Below the pieces are notes generated by a model that saw nothing but the letters and a program-made list of their open reading frames with translations, had not been told where the DNA came from and searched no databases. A program made the translations under genes and the position numbers. Positions 1 through 9,314 of a DNA stretch of 64,000 nt are shown here, piece after piece. The stretch is from assembly GCA_965261965.1 (NCBI GenBank), contig OZ253489.1, positions 130,969-194,968 on the forward strand, in the 5' to 3' direction. Each line of letters opens with the position of its first letter. Within the stretch, counting starts at the first letter, position 1. This DNA comes from Dehalococcoidia bacterium (GTDB taxonomy: Bacteria; Chloroflexota; Dehalococcoidia; Lucifugimonadales; JAGWBF01).

Positions 1-1
1 A

Positions 2-1783
2 GTGATCGCTGCTCTTCGGGTGGTGGAAGGCGCTGTGATCGTGGTGGCCGCCGCAGCCGGGGTTGAGGTTGGCGCCATCCGAAGCTGGAACCAGTGCTCA
101 GAAGCTGGAATTCCCCGCATTATCTTTGTGAATAAGCTGGACAGGGAAAACAGCGACTTTCAACAAGCCCTAGAAAGCATCCGCTCCAACTTCGGCCGCA
201 GTTGTGTGCCCTTTCAGATACCTGTGGGATCTGAGCAGAATTTCACCGGTATGATAGATGTGCTGAACCCGGGCGATGAGGTTCCAGCCGAACTGGCGTC
301 ACAGGTGGAAGAGGCCCGGGAGATGCTTATCGAAGCTGTTGCTGAAACCGATGATGATCTCGCCACCAAGTACATTGAAGGCGAAGAGCTGTCCCAAGAA
401 GAGATATCGGGCGCCGTACGAGAAGCGATCATTTCGGGGCATATCGTGCCCGTCTTTTTGGGTTCGGCCATTATGAACATAGGCGCCGAAGAGCTGATGT
501 CCGGGGTGCTGCGTTATATGCCCTCTCCTGCTGAAGGGAAAGGCGTCCCCTTCTTGGACCCGATATCTGGAGATTCGGTGGTGTCGGAACCTGATCCTTC
601 GGGGGCCTTGGCAGCTTTTGTGTTCAAGACCACAGCCGATCCTTTTGTGGGCAAGCTTTCGTTGTTCCGGGTGTTCGGTGGGATGCTGCGCAGCAACTCC
701 GAGGTGTGGAATGAGGCGCGGAATACATCCGAGCGCATCGGCCAAGTCTATACTATACGGGGAAAGACTCAAGAGCAGACCCAGGAGATAGGGCCGGGGG
801 ACATAGGGGCGGTGGCCAAGCTGGCTGGCACCGTTACGGGGGATACCCTCACCCAAAAAGAAAAACCCATCTCCGTAAAACCCATAGGGTTCCCCAAAGG
901 CTTCTACACGATGTCCGTTCAACCGAAGTCCAAAGCCGATGTGGATAAGATGTCAATGGCCCTGAGCCGGGTGCTGGAAGAAGACCCCAGCTTGCACCTG
1001 ACCCGTGAACCCAATACCGGAGAAACCTTGGTTTCCGGCTTTGGAGAAACGCAGCTAGAGGTGGCGATGGAAAGGGTCAAGCGCAAGTTTGGGACCGAGT
1101 TGGAGCTTCAGTTGCCCAAGGTCCCATACAAAGAAACCATCAGCTCCGTGACCAAGGCTGAATACAAACATAAGAAGCAGAGCGGCGGGCATGGTCAGTA
1201 CGGGCATGTGATCCTGCGCCTCGAACCTTTGGGCACCGGTCAGAGCTACGAGTTCGGCCAGGAGCTTGTGGGTGGTTCGATACCCAAAGAGTATGTCCCT
1301 TCGGTAGAAAAGGGTGTTGTGAAAGCCCTTCAAGAGGGGGTGCTGGCAGGATTTCCGATGGTGGGCGTAAAAGCTGTTCTCTATGATGGCAGCTTCCATG
1401 ATGTGGATTCATCGGGTATATGCTTCGAGATCGCCGGCTCTTATGCTTTGCGGAAAGGCGTATCTGAAGCTGGGCCCAAGCTACTGGAACCAATAGTGAG
1501 GCTGACGGTGACCGTTCCAGATGCTTACAACGGGGATGTGATAGGCGACCTTAATGGCAAGCGGGGCAGAATCATAGGGATGATCCCGCAAAACGGTGAA
1601 ACGGTCATAGAAGCTGAAGCTCCCCAGAGCGAGGTGCTGCGCTATGCTACCGATCTGCGCTCCCTGACCCAAGGCCGCGGCTCGTATGTGCTGGAGTTCG
1701 ACCGCTACGAAGAAGCCCCCGCCCATGTCACCCAGCGAGTATCAGAAGAAGCCAAAAAGGCCAAAGAGGCTCAGCGGGCCTAA
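2..1783 (+). CDS. fusA: Elongation factor G-type translational GTPase, 5' end outside window
   Basis: 593-aa ORF open at the window edge. It has the G-domain tail (IIFVNKLDRE), EF-G domains II-V (GETQLEVAMERVKRKFG, KKQSGGHGQYGHV, FHDVDSS) and a Lys/Ala-rich C-terminus. Confidence 0.9.
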   Translation: MIAALRVVEGAVIVVAAAAGVEVGAIRSWNQCSEAGIPRIIFVNKLDRENSDFQQALESIRSNFGRSCVPFQIPVGSEQNFTGMIDVLNPGDEVPAELASQVEEAREMLIEAVAETDDDLATKYIEGEELSQEEISGAVREAIISGHIVPVFLGSAIMNIGAEELMSGVLRYMPSPAEGKGVPFLDPISGDSVVSEPDPSGALAAFVFKTTADPFVGKLSLFRVFGGMLRSNSEVWNEARNTSERIGQVYTIRGKTQEQTQEIGPGDIGAVAKLAGTVTGDTLTQKEKPISVKPIGFPKGFYTMSVQPKSKADVDKMSMALSRVLEEDPSLHLTREPNTGETLVSGFGETQLEVAMERVKRKFGTELELQLPKVPYKETISSVTKAEYKHKKQSGGHGQYGHVILRLEPLGTGQSYEFGQELVGGSIPKEYVPSVEKGVVKALQEGVLAGFPMVGVKAVLYDGSFHDVDSSGICFEIAGSYALRKGVSEAGPKLLEPIVRLTVTVPDAYNGDVIGDLNGKRGRIIGMIPQNGETVIEAEAPQSEVLRYATDLRSLTQGRGSYVLEFDRYEEAPAHVTQRVSEEAKKAKEAQRA

Positions 1784-1885
1784 AGCGAGTGGCAGAAGAA
1801 GCCAAAAAGGCCAAGGAGGCTCAGCGGGCCTAAAGTGAGTGGCAGAAGAAGCCAAAAAAGCCAAGGAGGCTCAGCGGGCTCAATA
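1744..1885 (+). repeat. 50-bp tandem repeat (about 2.8 copies) made of the fusA 3' end
   Basis: The unit AGAAGAAGCCAAAAAGGCCAAAGAGGCTCAGCGGGCCTAAAGCGAGTGGC starts at 1744, 1794 and 1844. It carries the last codons plus the TAA stop. Copies differ by a few SNPs. Confidence 0.85.
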
Positions 1886-1899
1886 AGAGCATCTTTCGG

Positions 1900-3330
1900 A
1901 TTTCGGGTCCTGGCAAGATCATCGGCCATCCGACGCCCCTGCCGTCATTGCCATGAAAATAGGCAGTGCCGGTGGGGGTCGCGCTCCCCAGAATGACAGG
2001 AGGCGCGCGCTCCTCAGAACGACACCAATAAAGTGTCATTCCGAACGTCCCCTTGTCATTCCGAGCGCCCCCTGTCATTCCGAACGGAGTGAGGAATCTA
2101 AGATCTGGCTCTGACGCCATGTCCATTACTACGACGAGGCTTCGTGTGAGCAGGCATCTTAGATTCTTCGGCGTGCGCGCCTCAGAATGACAGGAAGGGC
2201 ACTCTCCTCATAATGACAGGAGGGAGGCACTCCGAACGCCACGAACCAAGTGTCGTTCCGAACGCCCCCCCGTCATTCCGAATGCCCCCCTGTCATTCCG
2301 AACGGAGTGAGGAATCTAAGATCTGGCTCTGACGCCATGTCCATTACTACGACGAGGCTTCGTGTGAATAGGCATCTTAGATTCTTCGTCGTGCGCGCCT
2401 CAGAATGACAGGAGGGGTGCGCTCCTCAGAACGACAACGATGGGGTGTGTCTCAGAACGACATTATCATAGAGGCATTCCGAACGCGCCCCCTTGTCATT
2501 CCGAACGGAGTGAGGAATCTAAGATCTGGCTCTGACGCCATGTCCATTACTGCGACGAGGCTTCGTGTGAGCGGGCACCTTAGATTCTTCGTCGTGCGCT
2601 CCTCAGAATGACAGGAGGGGGAGGCACTCCGAACGCCACGAACAAAGTGTCATTCCGAACGCCCCCCTGTCATTCCGAACGGAGTGAGGAACCTGAGATC
2701 TGGCTCTGACGCCATGTCCATTACTACGACGAGGCTTCGTGTGAGCGGGCACCTTAGATTCTTCGTCGTGCGCTCCTCAGAATGACAGGAGGGGGAGGCA
2801 CTCCGAACGCCACGAACAAAGTGTCATTCCGAACGCCCCCCTGTCATTCCGAACGGAGTGAGGAATCTGAGATCTGGCTCTGACGCCATGTCCATTACTA
2901 CGACGAGGCTTCGTGTGAGCGGGCACCTTAGATTCTTCGGCGTGCGCGCCTCAGAATGACAGGGGGGGTGCGCTCCTCAGAATGACAATGGATGGCGCGC
3001 TCCTCAGAACGACAACGATGGGGTGTGTGCCTCAGAACTACAAATGGGGGGTGTCTCAGAACGACATTATCATAGAGGCATTCCGAACGTGCCCCCTTGT
3101 CATTCCGAACGGAGTGAGGAATCTAAGATCTGGCTTTGACGCCATGTCCATTACTACGACGAGGCTTCGTGTGAGCGGGCATCTTAGATTCTTCGTCGTG
3201 CGCTCCTCAGAATGACATAAAGAAACTGCCCCTCAGAACGACAGGGAGGGTGGTGTGCCTCAGAATGACAAAGGGGGGCGGGGCGTTCAGAATGACGACT
3301 GTGGGGTGTGCACGTCTTTGCGGGCCGATG
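1900..3330 (+). repeat. Array 1 of the 118-bp GTCATTC...GAATGAC element (family A), six copies plus sub-repeats
   Basis: Six copies of exactly 118 bp: 2074-2191, 2292-2409, 2495-2612, 2669-2786, 2843-2960, 3099-3216. Structure: GTCATTCCGAACGGAGTGAGGAATCTAAGAT-[~50-bp core with TTACTACGACG]-ATCTTAGATTCTTCGTCGTGCGCTCCTCAGAATGAC. Spacers are built from GTCATTCCGAAC.. and ..CTCAGAATGACAG sub-repeats. ORFs called here (2405-2611, 2982-3215) are repeat artefacts. Confidence 0.85.
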
Positions 3331-3484
3331 TTTTCATCGGACTAATGGGGAGGGGCGTTCCTCATTGCACTTGGCGCTCGGGTGAGGGATGGGGGCATTG
3401 ATGCAAGCTTCAAGGACCATCCTCCAGTTTTCGGGGGCGTTATGTTCACTCCTTATTTATCTTCGGAATCGTTGCCGGATCACG

Positions 3485-3514
3485 TTGACACCGAGAAACC
3501 CTCCCATTTATAGT
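3485..3514 (+). promoter_or_regulatory. Candidate sigma70-type promoter for the AAA+/VWA operon
   Basis: TTGACA (3485-3490), 18 nt, TATAGT (3509-3514), about 135 nt upstream of the ATG at 3650. Confidence 0.35.
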
Positions 3515-3649
3515 GCACCGTGCTCCGACCAGACTTTCGGTTCCACATGTGGGTCGTTTAGGTTCGGACAAAGGTATCTCAGACAAGTCTAATGATTGTA
3601 TCCGATCTTCCGGCACCATCGCTTGTGCTAGGATCAAGGAGCTTCTTCT

Positions 3650-5050
3650 ATGGTGGCAAGCGCCAAACCCCGAACAATCAAAGCTTTGAGAGAGAGCCGA
3701 TACAAGGTCCTTTCTGTCCGGGAAGAACTGCGGAAAAACCTGGTCAACAAGCTCAAGAACAGGGAGCCTCTGTTTCCTGGAATCATAGGTTTCGATGACA
3801 CGGTGATACCCCAGCTGGAGAACGCGATCTTGGCGGGCCAAGATATCGTCCTGTTGGGCGAACGGGGACAAGCAAAGTCCCGGCTTATCCGAATGCTGGT
3901 GAGCTTGCTGGACGATGAAGTGCCGGCCATAGCTGGCTGTGAGATCAACGACAACCCGTATGACCCTATCTGCAAAAGCTGCCGCGACCAGGTGAAGAAG
4001 GATGGAGGAAAGGGAGAGATCAGGTGGCTGTCCCGAAGCGACAGGTACTCAGAGAAACTGGCCACGCCGGACATTTCCATAGCCGACCTGATCGGCGAGG
4101 TGGACCCAATCAAGGTGGCCGAAGGAAGATACCTTTCCGACGAGCTCACCATGCACTACGGCCTGATTCCCCGTACCAACCGAGGCATATTTTCCATCAA
4201 TGAGCTGCCGGACCTGGCAGAACGCATTCAGGTGGGTATGTTCAATCTGATGGAAGAACGGGATGTGCAGATCCGGGGATACCGCATCCGTATGCCCTTG
4301 GATGTGTATACCATCGCCACCGCCAACCCGGAAGATTACACCAACCGCGGTCGAATCATTACACCTTTGAAGGACAGATATGGGGCCCAGATCAGGACCC
4401 ACTATCCCAAGGCCATGGAAGATGAAATGATCATCATGGAACAGGAACGGTCCCGTTTCCATAATGAGAAGGATATCACGGTCCCCCCGTACATGAAGGA
4501 GATCATCGCAGAAATAACGTTCTTGGCTCGCCGCAGCCCCGACATCAACCAGCGGTCCGGGGTCAGCGTTCGGGTGTCCATTGCAAACTATGAGACCCTG
4601 ATCAGCAATGCGGTCCGGCGTTCTATCATCCAGAAAGAAAAGAAAGTCAGCCCCAGGATCAGCGACCTGCCCTACATCATTTCTTCCTTTGCCGGGAAGG
4701 TCGAACTGGAGACCTTCGAAGAAGGCAGAGAAACCAAGGTGATGGATGATCTTGCCAAGAAAGCTGTCCTCAACGTGTTCGGAAGATACTTCAATGTGAA
4801 AGACCTGGAAGAGGTGGTCCAACAGTTTGAAGGCGGGCTGGAGATTGAAACCGGCAGCGACTTGCCTTCCAGCCGGTATGTGGATATTCAGAAGCAGATG
4901 GCTGGACTTGCTGAAGGTGTGAAAGGCTTGGGCGCTGGGAAACATCCCGAGCTGATCGCTTCGGCTTCGGAGTTCATCCTCGAAGGACTGCACCTCAACC
5001 GGCGGCTAAATCGGGACCAGTTGGGTGGAAGCTTCCGCTACAGGAGCTAA
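3650..5050 (+). CDS. AAA+ ATPase of the Mg-chelatase ChlI/BchI-like type
   Basis: 466-aa ORF with AAGGAG 8 nt upstream. Walker A is GERGQAKS and the Walker B region is GIFSINELPDL. It is followed 2 nt later by a VWA gene. Confidence 0.8.
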   Translation: MVASAKPRTIKALRESRYKVLSVREELRKNLVNKLKNREPLFPGIIGFDDTVIPQLENAILAGQDIVLLGERGQAKSRLIRMLVSLLDDEVPAIAGCEINDNPYDPICKSCRDQVKKDGGKGEIRWLSRSDRYSEKLATPDISIADLIGEVDPIKVAEGRYLSDELTMHYGLIPRTNRGIFSINELPDLAERIQVGMFNLMEERDVQIRGYRIRMPLDVYTIATANPEDYTNRGRIITPLKDRYGAQIRTHYPKAMEDEMIIMEQERSRFHNEKDITVPPYMKEIIAEITFLARRSPDINQRSGVSVRVSIANYETLISNAVRRSIIQKEKKVSPRISDLPYIISSFAGKVELETFEEGRETKVMDDLAKKAVLNVFGRYFNVKDLEEVVQQFEGGLEIETGSDLPSSRYVDIQKQMAGLAEGVKGLGAGKHPELIASASEFILEGLHLNRRLNRDQLGGSFRYRS

Positions 5051-5052
5051 CC

Positions 5053-7104
5053 ATGTTCTCCTATCTGTACTCCAGATGGGATGGAGCTCAGCAGGTCTTC
5101 GACTTCGATGATGAAGACCTGATGGAGCAGCTATCCGAATACCTGGTGAACTACAGCGACATCTCCCAGTCCTTGGATGCTCTGGCCCACAGGGGTTTGC
5201 ACGGCAAGTACGGCCAAGATGTACCCGGCCTGGAAGAGATCCTTGACCGGCTGCACAAGCACGAACAACGCATCTTAAACCGGTACAACCTCGACCACAT
5301 CCTGGAAGATATGGAAGGCCGGCTCCGCCGGATAGTGGATGCCGAGCGGCTGGGCATGGAGCAGCGCCTCCGTGAAGCTCAGGAACGACTCACCGGTGTC
5401 GACCCCAATGACACTGCTGCCCCAACCCCAGAGCAGATATCCAAAATGTTGAAACACCTGGAACAGATGACCAAGCGCAATCGGAAGTTCTTGGAGAAGC
5501 TGCCTTCTGATCCGGCGGGCGCCATCGACCAGCTCCGCCAGTATGAATTTATGGACGAACAAGCCCTGTCTGCCTTCAATGATCTGCGAAGCTCCCTAGA
5601 GCAGAAGGTCTTGGATGCCAGTATAAACGAGCTGACAGCAGGGTTTGCAAGTGGAGACCAGAACCAGCGTAACTTCCTGAGGGAGATGCTTCAGGAGCTC
5701 AATCACCTCATAGACGAGCACCTAGAAGGAAGCAGCCAATCTTCCCGTCTCATGTTCGACAGGTTCATGCAAAAGTACGGGCAGAAGTTCAATCTGGGTA
5801 ATCCTTCAAACATGGAAGAGCTGGCAGACCTGCTGCACGGGCAGATGTGCCAGATGGATATGCTGCTGCGCAGTTTGTCCGAGGAGCATCGCAGGCAGTT
5901 GGAAGCTGCTTTCAGCTCCGTTCTTCAAGATGCGGAGCTTCAAGACGAGATGTCCAAGCTGTCCCAGAACCTCCAGCGTTTGTCACCCGGACGGGACCCG
6001 TCATCCGCCTACGATTTTAGCGGCGACCAATGTATAGGCTTGGAACGAGCACTGGAGCTTATTGCAGACCTGAACCATATGGCGGAGCTAGGCGGTCAGA
6101 TCAAGAAGGCACAGCAGGGTAGGAGCAACAGCAGCGTCGACATGATGCTGCTAAAGAAATACTTGGGGGAAGAAGCCTGCCAAGCCCTGGAGCAGCTCCA
6201 ATCTTTGGCAGAAATATTGGAAAGAGCGGGGTACCTCCGAAACGGCGGGACCCGTTTGGAGCTAACGCCGAAGGGGGTCCGGAAGATCGGCCAAAAAGCT
6301 CTTCAGGAGGTCTTCCATGTGATCCGAAAAGACCGGGAAGGCAACCACCGAACAATAGAAAAGGGGATCGGCGGCGACCCGACGGAAGACACCCACCCTT
6401 ACCGGTTCGGCGACCCTTTCAACCTGCACCTCCAGCGGACCATCATGAATGGGGTGCTGCGTTCTCCCGGCACGCCCGTCACGTTGAGCCCCCGGGATTT
6501 CGAGGTCCAGCAGCTGGAACAAGCTTCTCAAGCTTCCACGGTGTTGATGTTGGACTTAAGCTTGTCCATGGCTACACGCGGGAACTTCCCATCTGCCAAA
6601 AAAATGACCCTTGCTCTGGACAACCTGATACGCACCCAGTTCCCCACAGATTCTCTTCAAATAGTGGGGTTTTCCACCTATGCCCGGGAAGTAAAGCCCG
6701 AGGAGGTGGCTTACCTGACATGGGACCAGTTCGATTCTTACACCAACATCCAGCATGGTCTGTCGACTGCCCGCAAGCTGCTGGCCAACAGCCGGGGCAG
6801 CGCCAAGCAGATCATCATGATCTCCGATGGAGAACCGACCGCCCACATCGAAGGCGGCGAGCTGTTCTCTCAATTTCCACCGACTCCCCGGACCATCCGC
6901 GAAACCTTGAAAGAGGTTAAGCGGTGCACCCGGCAGGGAATCATGATCAACATGTTCATGCTGGACCGTAATTCCGCCTTGGTGGAGTTCGTTGAGCAGA
7001 TGACCAAGATAAATCGCGGCAAGGTCTTCTACACCAGCCCCAACAAGCTGGGAGAGTATATCTTGGTGGACTACCTTACCAGCCGCCGCAAGCTGCTGGC
7101 GTAG
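5053..7104 (+). CDS. von Willebrand factor A (VWA) domain protein, partner of the upstream AAA+ ATPase
   Basis: 683 aa. Long coiled-coil-like N-terminal part. C-terminal VWA domain with a MIDAS-type DxSxS (LDLSLSM) and SDGEPT. AGGAG RBS. Confidence 0.8.
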   Translation: MFSYLYSRWDGAQQVFDFDDEDLMEQLSEYLVNYSDISQSLDALAHRGLHGKYGQDVPGLEEILDRLHKHEQRILNRYNLDHILEDMEGRLRRIVDAERLGMEQRLREAQERLTGVDPNDTAAPTPEQISKMLKHLEQMTKRNRKFLEKLPSDPAGAIDQLRQYEFMDEQALSAFNDLRSSLEQKVLDASINELTAGFASGDQNQRNFLREMLQELNHLIDEHLEGSSQSSRLMFDRFMQKYGQKFNLGNPSNMEELADLLHGQMCQMDMLLRSLSEEHRRQLEAAFSSVLQDAELQDEMSKLSQNLQRLSPGRDPSSAYDFSGDQCIGLERALELIADLNHMAELGGQIKKAQQGRSNSSVDMMLLKKYLGEEACQALEQLQSLAEILERAGYLRNGGTRLELTPKGVRKIGQKALQEVFHVIRKDREGNHRTIEKGIGGDPTEDTHPYRFGDPFNLHLQRTIMNGVLRSPGTPVTLSPRDFEVQQLEQASQASTVLMLDLSLSMATRGNFPSAKKMTLALDNLIRTQFPTDSLQIVGFSTYAREVKPEEVAYLTWDQFDSYTNIQHGLSTARKLLANSRGSAKQIIMISDGEPTAHIEGGELFSQFPPTPRTIRETLKEVKRCTRQGIMINMFMLDRNSALVEFVEQMTKINRGKVFYTSPNKLGEYILVDYLTSRRKLLA

Positions 7105-7109
7105 CCCGC

Positions 7110-7596
7110 ACACACCGTACCGGATCGCAGGCATCAACATCATCAGGGCACCCGGAAGTCCTTCGCCACCGGGGCCGCTGGAAGTCCTTCGACGGTCCGA
7201 GGCGTGCTCCTTAGAATGACGGTGGAAAATGGTCATCCCGCCTTCCCCCAACGTCATTCCGCCTTCCCGCAATGTCATCCCGCCTTCCCGCACTGTCATC
7301 CCGAACCGCATCCTCCACTGTCATTCAGGGGAGAGCCTCCCCCCCCTGTCATTCCGAGGAGCGCACGACGAGGAATCTAAGATGCCCCTCTAGAGGAGGG
7401 TCCGTTGCTTCGAAGAGTCCCCCATGTCGCCGGGATTTTAGATTCCTCACTGCGTTCGGAATGACAGGAGGGGGATTGTCATTCCGAATCCCCCCTTTCA
7501 TTCCGAGGAGTGCCTTCCCCCTCTGTCATTCCGGGGAGCGCCCCCCCCCTGTCATTCCGAGGAGCGCACGACGAGGAATCTGAGATGCCCCTTAAG
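7110..7596 (-). repeat. Family A array 2, part left of the IS1380 insertion
   Basis: One complete 118-bp copy in reverse orientation (7348-7465). The first 46 bp of a second copy (7551-7596) are cut by the IS. GTCATYCCGCC/GTCATTCCG sub-repeats lie at 7200-7340 and 7470-7550. Confidence 0.8.
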
Positions 7597-9314
7597 CCCG
7601 AATCCACCGATGGACAGGGATGGACGGCGTGAGGACAGCGGAAGGGGGTGAGGGAGTTACAGGCGCGATGATCCGGGCTCGAATTTGGGTAGACGGGAGG
7701 TTGGCGGGCGGTCTGCAGGCGCTTTTGGGGGCACCGATGGCGGCCTACAGTGGCTGTGGAGAGCGAGATGGCGGGATAGGACACGGCAAGAGGCGCTCGC
7801 GGACTGGGCTGGCGCGAGTTTGCGGGGACGTTGGGTTGGCTGGCGAGTCAGTGGCGGACGGGCGCCGTCAGGCAGGGAGTGGCAGGGCGCGCAATCGGGC
7901 CAGGGCACGATCGAACTGGGCTTCCCAAGGCCAGCGCTGTGGCAGATGCAGTGTGAGGCGGCGTGCCGAGCGGGTGATCCGTCCGGCCAGGGAGAAGAAC
8001 CGTCGTCTGAGGGTCTTGGTGGTCACGATCTGCTCGCCCAGACCGATGCGCGCTGTCCAGCGGGCGAGGTTGTGGGCCATCACCTGTACCGCCAGCCAGG
8101 CGGCGTTGGCGGCGAAGCGGCCCGAGGGGAGATGGTTCAACCCCACACCGTGCTTGAGGTCTCGGATGGCATTCTCGATCTCGGCGTGGCGGCGATGGTC
8201 GGCCTCCAGTTCGAGCATCTCCCCGTCCCGGTCGGTGATGAAGCCGTGATAGCTGTAGGAGGCGAAGAGGGCCAGCTGGGAACCGGGCGTGGGCTTCACA
8301 CGCCGGACGATGAGCCGCACCGGTGCGGCGTCAGGTTCACTCTGGAACGGAGTGCAGGTGGTCTCGGCCACATCGGCGGCGCCGTCCATCCAGTAGGGAA
8401 TGGGAGTCCAGGCATCCTCTGGTATCGCCTCGATGAGATTGCGCAGGCTCTTGTGCTGGCGGATGGTGATGGAGAAGCGGACATCCATCTTGCGGCAGAC
8501 GGATACCACGCCATGAGTGTAGAACCCGCTGTCGGCCCGTAGCGTGAGTCGTCCGTTGGCCCCGGCGTAGCGCACCCGTCCCACCGTCTCCCGCAGGAAG
8601 TGGGCGGCGCCGCGGGCGGTGTTGGCCCGGCCCTCGCGCAGCCGGGACATCAGCACGTCTCCGGTGCCGGCGGCGATGGCCAGCAGCGGGTGGTAGCCCC
8701 GCTTGCCGGTATAGCCGTGGTGGCGGGCGCCCTCCTTGGCCAGTCCGTAGGTCTCGCAGATGGTGGAATCGAGGTCGATGGTGAACGGCGCGTCGCCGGG
8801 TCCGGCACCGGCCTTCCAGACCCGGGCCAGCAACTCGCGGCTCACCCGGTCCAGTTGGCGGACATGGCCCCACCTGAAGCTGCGCAGGAAGGTCCCCAGG
8901 GTGGAGGGCGCCTTAGCCGTGAAACCGAGCACGCGGGCGGTCCCGCCGGCGCGCAGCACATCGGCGTCGTCGATGCAATCTCCGCCGGCTAGGGCGGAGG
9001 CCACCAGGGTCATCATCTTGTCGCCGGTGTTCGCCCGGCCCGGTGCGCCGCCGAGGTCGAGGTCCTTCCGGAGGAGTTGGGGCAGGCCAAGGCGCAGGGC
9101 GAGGGTGGCGGGAAGGATCAGCCCGGCATTGGCCACCAGGCGGTGATCGTCGAAGGCGATTTGGATGCGGTCGGGGTGGTTACGTGGTAGCATCTATCGG
9201 GTGCTCCTTTTCTGGGACCGGTTTTCTGTTACAAAACCATTATCCCAGATTCAGAGGCGCACCCTTTTGTTTCTTCAGCAGGCCTCCTACACGCCGTCCT
9301 TCGGTGGATTAGGG
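7597..9314 (-). mobile_element. IS1380-family insertion sequence, intact copy
   Basis: Terminal inverted repeats: CCCGAATCCACCGATGG at 7597 and the reverse complement of CCTTCGGTGGATTAGGG ending at 9314. TTAAG is present on both flanks (7592-7596, 9315-9319). A single transposase ORF lies inside. Confidence 0.85.
7868..9193 (-). CDS. IS1380-family DDE transposase
   Basis: 441 aa. The N-terminus MLPRNHPDRIQIAFDDHRLVANAGLILPATLALRLGL is typical of IS1380 transposases (recognised from memory). The region looks visibly GC-richer than its surroundings. Confidence 0.9.
   Translation of the reverse strand: MLPRNHPDRIQIAFDDHRLVANAGLILPATLALRLGLPQLLRKDLDLGGAPGRANTGDKMMTLVASALAGGDCIDDADVLRAGGTARVLGFTAKAPSTLGTFLRSFRWGHVRQLDRVSRELLARVWKAGAGPGDAPFTIDLDSTICETYGLAKEGARHHGYTGKRGYHPLLAIAAGTGDVLMSRLREGRANTARGAAHFLRETVGRVRYAGANGRLTLRADSGFYTHGVVSVCRKMDVRFSITIRQHKSLRNLIEAIPEDAWTPIPYWMDGAADVAETTCTPFQSEPDAAPVRLIVRRVKPTPGSQLALFASYSYHGFITDRDGEMLELEADHRRHAEIENAIRDLKHGVGLNHLPSGRFAANAAWLAVQVMAHNLARWTARIGLGEQIVTTKTLRRRFFSLAGRITRSARRLTLHLPQRWPWEAQFDRALARLRALPLPA

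Noticed and set aside
1900-3330. Regularly spaced repeats that could be mistaken for a CRISPR array (also at 9315-10470, 21130-21945, 32440-33860)
   Set aside because: Units are 118-120 bp rather than 25-40 bp. The intervening sequence is itself built from degenerate sub-repeats rather than unique spacers. Spacing is irregular (174-256 bp), and no cas genes are present.
4049-4993. Long antisense ORFs within well-supported genes (4049-4993, 6556-7311, 10708-11412, 42949-43869, 47797-48852, 60424-61302, 60505-61509, 7685-8542, 49813-50517)
   Set aside because: Each lies entirely or mostly inside a gene with clear family motifs on the other strand or frame. None shows a recognisable motif of its own.
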